DNA from: an uncultured Brevundimonas sp.
Lineage (GTDB): Bacteria > Pseudomonadota > Alphaproteobacteria > Caulobacterales > Caulobacteraceae
DNA length: 64,000 nt
Assembly (NCBI RefSeq): GCF_963975535.1
Contig: NZ_CAXBHE010000005.1
Location: forward strand, 25,172-89,171
Direction of reading: 5' to 3'
Made by a program: the position numbers and the translations under genes
Shown: one piece after another, positions 60,061 through 64,000 of the stretch
How positions within the stretch are numbered: position 1 is the stretch's first letter
How the letters are laid out: each line of letters opens with the position of its first letter
Notes under the pieces: model-generated
Told to the model about the DNA's origin: nothing
The model's input: only the letters and a program-made list of their open reading frames with translations
Database searches by the model: none

Positions 60061-63000
60061 ATGAGCGACGAGAACGACAAGACCAACGAAGGCCAGGACC
60101 CGGGCACCCCGGCAGCGGGCGGCACGACGCCGTCCCAGACGGGCCCCCGTGCGCCGCTGAGCCTGAAGCCGCGCCCGACGGGCTCGGTCTCGACCGGCAC
60201 CGTGCGCCAGAGCTTCAGTCACGGCCGGACCAAGACGGTCGTGGTCGAGACCAAGCGACGCCCCGGGGCAACGCCCGGACATCAACGCCCGCAGGGCTTT
60301 GACGTCGCCCGTCCGCGCCCCGAAACTCCGGCCCCCCAGGCCCCGCGTCCGACGGCCGCCCAACCCGCTGGCGGCAGCCTGTCGACCGAGGAGCAGGAAG
60401 CCCGCCGCCGCGCCATTGAACTGGCCACCAAGGCCCAGGCCGAACGGGCCAAGGCCGCCGCCGCCGAACAGGCCCGCCGCGACGCCGCGGCGCGCGAACA
60501 GGCGTCCGCGACCGAAAAGGCCGCCGCCGCCGCCCAGGCCGATGCCGCCGCCGCCCGGGCCGCCGCCGAGACCGCGCGCGCCGAGGCCGCCAAATTGGCT
60601 CCGGCCGCCAAGGCTCCGGCCCGTGCGCCCAAGGCTCCGGTCCCGGCCAAGGCCGAGCCCGCCGCTCCGACCGCCGAGGCTCCGGCCGCGCCGGCACCGG
60701 TCGCCGCCGCGCCGGTTGTCGAGACCCCCGCCGCCCCGGCCCGCCCGGCCCCGCCGGCCCGTCCGGTGGTCAATTTCGGCAAGCGCGTGCCCAAGGCCCC
60801 GACCCGGGCCCCGGCCGCCGCCGCCGACCGCCCCGCCTTCGGCGGTCGCTCGGCCCGTGAGGAAGCCATGGGCGGCGGTGAACGCGCCTATTCCGACCGT
60901 CCCCAGACGGCCCGCCCGCAGGGTGCGGCCGGACGGCCGGCCGAACCGGTCCGCTATTCTGCCCTGACGCCGCGTCCGGCACCCGGTGCCACCCGTCCCG
61001 GAGCCGCCCGCCCGGGTGCCGCCGGTCCGCGCGGTGCCAACCAGCCGCCGTCGACGCCCGAGGTCGCCCGTCCCAGTCGCGCGCCCGGTGGCGGCTTCGG
61101 CCGTCCGATCCGGCCCGAGGACGACCGCGACAAGCGCTTCTCCGACGCCGGCAAGGCTGTCAGCCGCACACGCGGCGAGCCCAAGCGCCGCGAAGGCCGC
61201 CTGACCATCCAGGCCCTGGCCGGTGACGGCGATACCGCCGAGCGCATGCGGTCGCTGGCTTCGGTCCGCCGCGCCCGCGAACGCGAGAAGGAAAAGCGCA
61301 AGGGTGGCTCCACCGATGCGCCGAACCGTCCGCGTGAAGTCGTCATTCCCGACATCATCACCGTCGGCGATCTGGCCAACCGGATGGCCGTGCGCGGTGT
61401 CGACATCGTCAAATTCCTGATGCGTCAGGGTCTGATGGTGAAGATCACCGACGTCATCGACACCGATACCGCCGAACTGGTGGCCGACGAGTTCGGCATG
61501 ACCGTGCGTCGCGTCTCGGAAAGCGACGTCGAGACCGGCTTCCTCGCGCCCGACGATGACAGCGGGGCGACCACGCCGCGCGCCCCAGTCGTGGCCATCA
61601 TGGGTCACGTCGACCACGGCAAGACCTCGCTGCTGGACGCCCTGCGCACCACCGACGTCGCTTCGGGCGAGGCCGGTGGCATCACCCAGCACATCGGGGC
61701 CTATCAGGTCCGTCTGCCCAACGACGCCCGCGTCACCTTCCTCGACACCCCGGGTCACGCGGCGTTCAGCGCCATGCGGGCCCGCGGGGCTCACGTCACC
61801 GACATCGTGGTCCTGGTCGTGGCCGCCGACGACGGCGTCATGCCCCAGACTATCGAGGCCATCCAGCACGCCAAGGCGGCCGGGGCTCCGATGATCGTGG
61901 CCGTCAACAAGATCGACAAGCCGGACGCCAATTCGCAGAAGGTCATCAACGAGCTGCTGCAGCACGAGGTCATCTCCGAGAGCCTGGGTGGCGACACCCA
62001 GATCATCGAGGTCTCGGCCAAGAACCGCACCAATCTGGACGGTCTGATCGAGGCCATCCTGGTCCAGGCGGAAATGATGGACCTGCGCGCCAATCCGGAG
62101 CGTTCGGCAGAAGGCGTGGTCATCGAATCCAAGCTCGACAAGGGCCGCGGCCCGGTCGGCACCGTCCTGGTCAAGCGCGGCACGCTGAAGCGCGGCGACA
62201 TCGTCGTGGCCGGCTCCGCCTGGGGCAAGGTTCGCGCCCTGCTCAACGAGCGCGGCGAACAGCTGGACGCGGCGGGTCCCGCCATTCCGGTCGAGATCCT
62301 CGGCCTCGACGAGGCTCCCGGCCCCGGCGAACCCTTCGCCGTGGTCGAATCCGAGGCCCGTGCCCGTGAACTGACCGACTATCGTGACCGTCTGCGTCGC
62401 GACAAGGCCACCGGCGGTATCAACCAGGTGTCGCTGGTCGACATGATGTCCAAGCTCCAGTCCAAGAAGGTCTCGGAACTGCCGGTCCTCATCAAGGCCG
62501 ACGTCCAGGGTTCGGCCGAGGCCATCGTCGGTTCGCTCGACAAGATGGGCAACGACGAGGTCCGGGCCCGCACCATCATGTCCGGTGCCGGCGGTATCAC
62601 CGAAAGCGATGTCCAGCTGGCCAAGTCGGCCGGTGCGCCCATCCTCGGCTTCAACGTCCGTGCCTCGAAACAGGCCCGCGAACTGGCCGAGCGTGAGGGC
62701 GTGGAAATCCGCTACTATTCGATCATCTACGACCTGCTGGACGACATCAAAGGCGTGCTCTCGGGCATGCTGGCCCCGCTCCAGCGCGAAACCTTCCTCG
62801 GCAATGCCGCCGTGCTGCAGGTGTTCGACATCTCCAAGACCGGCAAGATCGCCGGTTGCCGGGTGTCGGAGGGCGTGGTTCGCAAGGGGGCCAAGGTCCG
62901 GATCATCCGCGACGACGTGGTGGTTCTGGAACTGGGCACGCTGGCAACGCTCAAGCGCTTCAAGGACGAGGTCAACGAGGTCCCGGCGGGCCAGGAGTGC

Positions 63001-63087
63001 GGTATGCATTTCCAGGGCTTCCACGACATCAAGGCCGGCGACTACATCGAGTGCTTCACCGTCGAAGAGATCCAGCGCACGCTGTAA
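60061..63087 (+). CDS. infB: translation initiation factor IF-2
   Basis: [37 protein letters not shown]. Confidence 0.98.
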   Translation: MSDENDKTNEGQDPGTPAAGGTTPSQTGPRAPLSLKPRPTGSVSTGTVRQSFSHGRTKTVVVETKRRPGATPGHQRPQGFDVARPRPETPAPQAPRPTAAQPAGGSLSTEEQEARRRAIELATKAQAERAKAAAAEQARRDAAAREQASATEKAAAAAQADAAAARAAAETARAEAAKLAPAAKAPARAPKAPVPAKAEPAAPTAEAPAAPAPVAAAPVVETPAAPARPAPPARPVVNFGKRVPKAPTRAPAAAADRPAFGGRSAREEAMGGGERAYSDRPQTARPQGAAGRPAEPVRYSALTPRPAPGATRPGAARPGAAGPRGANQPPSTPEVARPSRAPGGGFGRPIRPEDDRDKRFSDAGKAVSRTRGEPKRREGRLTIQALAGDGDTAERMRSLASVRRAREREKEKRKGGSTDAPNRPREVVIPDIITVGDLANRMAVRGVDIVKFLMRQGLMVKITDVIDTDTAELVADEFGMTVRRVSESDVETGFLAPDDDSGATTPRAPVVAIMGHVDHGKTSLLDALRTTDVASGEAGGITQHIGAYQVRLPNDARVTFLDTPGHAAFSAMRARGAHVTDIVVLVVAADDGVMPQTIEAIQHAKAAGAPMIVAVNKIDKPDANSQKVINELLQHEVISESLGGDTQIIEVSAKNRTNLDGLIEAILVQAEMMDLRANPERSAEGVVIESKLDKGRGPVGTVLVKRGTLKRGDIVVAGSAWGKVRALLNERGEQLDAAGPAIPVEILGLDEAPGPGEPFAVVESEARARELTDYRDRLRRDKATGGINQVSLVDMMSKLQSKKVSELPVLIKADVQGSAEAIVGSLDKMGNDEVRARTIMSGAGGITESDVQLAKSAGAPILGFNVRASKQARELAEREGVEIRYYSIIYDLLDDIKGVLSGMLAPLQRETFLGNAAVLQVFDISKTGKIAGCRVSEGVVRKGAKVRIIRDDVVVLELGTLATLKRFKDEVNEVPAGQECGMHFQGFHDIKAGDYIECFTVEEIQRTL

Positions 63088-63095
63088 TCCGGCCC

Positions 63096-63124
63096 GCCTC
63101 CCCGTCGCCGCGCGGCGGGGAGGC
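63096..63124. repeat. GC hairpin after infB (CIR-like arm or terminator)
   Basis: GCCTCCCCG...CGGGGAGGC 9-bp inverted repeat 9 nt after the infB stop. Confidence 0.5.
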
Positions 63125-63165
63125 TACGCCCGACTTCCGCCGCAACCGGACCGGATGATGCTGTC

Positions 63166-63687
63166 ATGCGTCCCCTGCTGATCCTTGCCCTGCTCCTCGC
63201 GGTCCCGGCCGGCCCCGCGGCCGCCGGCGACACCCGCTATCTCGCCTATGACGCCGCCGATCGGCTGACCCAGGCGCTGACCCGGGGCGTGACCCTCGAG
63301 GTCGAGCGCAGCCTGTTCGGATCCATCAGCGTGCGCCGACTGATCTCCACGAGCCAGCGCGGCTCGGCCGAAATCCGCCGTGGCGGGCCTGAGCGCGTGC
63401 GCGACGCCCTGCCCGAGGGTGTCACCGCGCCGAACATCTACAGCATCGCTCCGGTCGGCGACGGCCGTGGCCTCAGCCGGGCCCTGTGCCCGGGGGCCGA
63501 GGAGACCTGGCTGGCGATCGGGCGCGTGCGGCTGGCCCGCCCGCTCGAACTCCATGCGGTCGGCCGCTGGTCGGACGGAACCCTGCGCCACTGCGTGCGA
63601 CTGGCCTACAACTGGCGCGGTGAGTGGTCGATGCCGCCGGCCGGGCCCGGCCTCGACGAACCGCCCCCGCCGCCGACCAGTCGCTAG
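63166..63687 (+). CDS. hypothetical secreted protein
   Basis: Signal peptide MRPLLILALLLAVPA; two Cys (RALCPG, RHCVRL); host-like codon usage. Confidence 0.8.
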   Translation: MRPLLILALLLAVPAGPAAAGDTRYLAYDAADRLTQALTRGVTLEVERSLFGSISVRRLISTSQRGSAEIRRGGPERVRDALPEGVTAPNIYSIAPVGDGRGLSRALCPGAEETWLAIGRVRLARPLELHAVGRWSDGTLRHCVRLAYNWRGEWSMPPAGPGLDEPPPPPTSR

Positions 63688-63790
63688 CCGATCCGGGCAC
63701 GCAACTGGACAGGGCGGTCGGTCAGGACTAGACCCCGCCCCTTCGCTTTTCCGTCCGGGTCCGATCCCCGGCGAGCGTGGAGGACCTCAC

Positions 63791-64000
63791 ATGAGTAACC
63801 GCAAGCCCAAGGGTGCCAAGCCCGCCGCCAAGGCCGGCACCGTCAGTCAGCGCCAGCTGCGCGCCTCGGAAATGATCCGCCATGCCCTCGTCGAGGTGAT
63901 GCGCGAGAACGAAATCCGCGACCCGGCCCTGACCGGCGTCTCGATCACCGTCACCGAGGTGCGGCTGTCGCCGGACCTGAAGCACGCCACCTGTTTCGTC
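63791..64000 (+). CDS. rbfA: ribosome-binding factor A, 3' truncated by the window edge
   Basis: SQRQLRASEMIRHAL, ITVTEVRLSPDLKHATCFV; GGAGG RBS. Confidence 0.95.
   Translation, partial: MSNRKPKGAKPAAKAGTVSQRQLRASEMIRHALVEVMRENEIRDPALTGVSITVTEVRLSPDLKHATCFV

Noticed and set aside
60300-61100. Ala/Pro-rich repetitive stretch in infB
   Set aside because: Normal low-complexity IF-2 N-terminal region, not a repeat element
60004-63024. Very long antisense and alternate-frame ORFs (e.g. 60004-63024, 56848-59337, 15425-17569, 18958-21870, 33945-36359)
   Set aside because: Shadow ORFs of high-GC genes: they mirror well-supported CDSs and show no motifs of their own
63735-63768. Partial resemblance of the rbfA upstream region (reverse strand) to the left half of the dapF insert
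   Set aside because: Short, gapped and GC-rich, with no terminal inverted repeats; unresolved without a statistical search

Overview
A roughly 70% GC chromosomal segment from a Caulobacteraceae alphaproteobacterium, most likely Brevundimonas (inferred from gene content and order: ampG-shkA-comM-gshB-sirB1-yraN-rsmI-hemW-rdgB, gpsA-tsaD-hemC-hemD, metK-trmB-rimP-nusA-ylxR-infB-rbfA). About 60 mostly housekeeping CDSs and one tRNA-Thr(CGT) are supported. I found no CRISPR array, rRNA, integrase or transposase. The most interesting signals are ones the ORF track hides or misassigns. (1) An 82-codon gene with strong host-like codon bias lies wholly inside the +1 frame of a membrane-tethered LuxR-HTH gene (53031-53279), so the segment looks dual-coding; it sits in a Crp / LuxR-TM / membrane-protein cassette next to tRNA-Thr. 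(2) A lipoxygenase C-terminal relic (...YAYLMPSKIPQSINV*) lies upstream of a cadherin/IPT/Ig autotransporter whose helical N-terminal domain I cannot assign. (3) An 89-bp nested palindrome is inserted in frame in dapF. (4) A sensor-less HisKA_2 kinase sits behind an FNR/FixK-like box at class II spacing. (5) A 38-aa membrane peptide and a 17-bp palindromic operator precede a DUF2975 / Cro-HTH pair. (6) A low-GC islet of two orphan membrane proteins lies between gshB and a LexA-boxed comM. All family calls come from motif recognition by eye; no database search was run.
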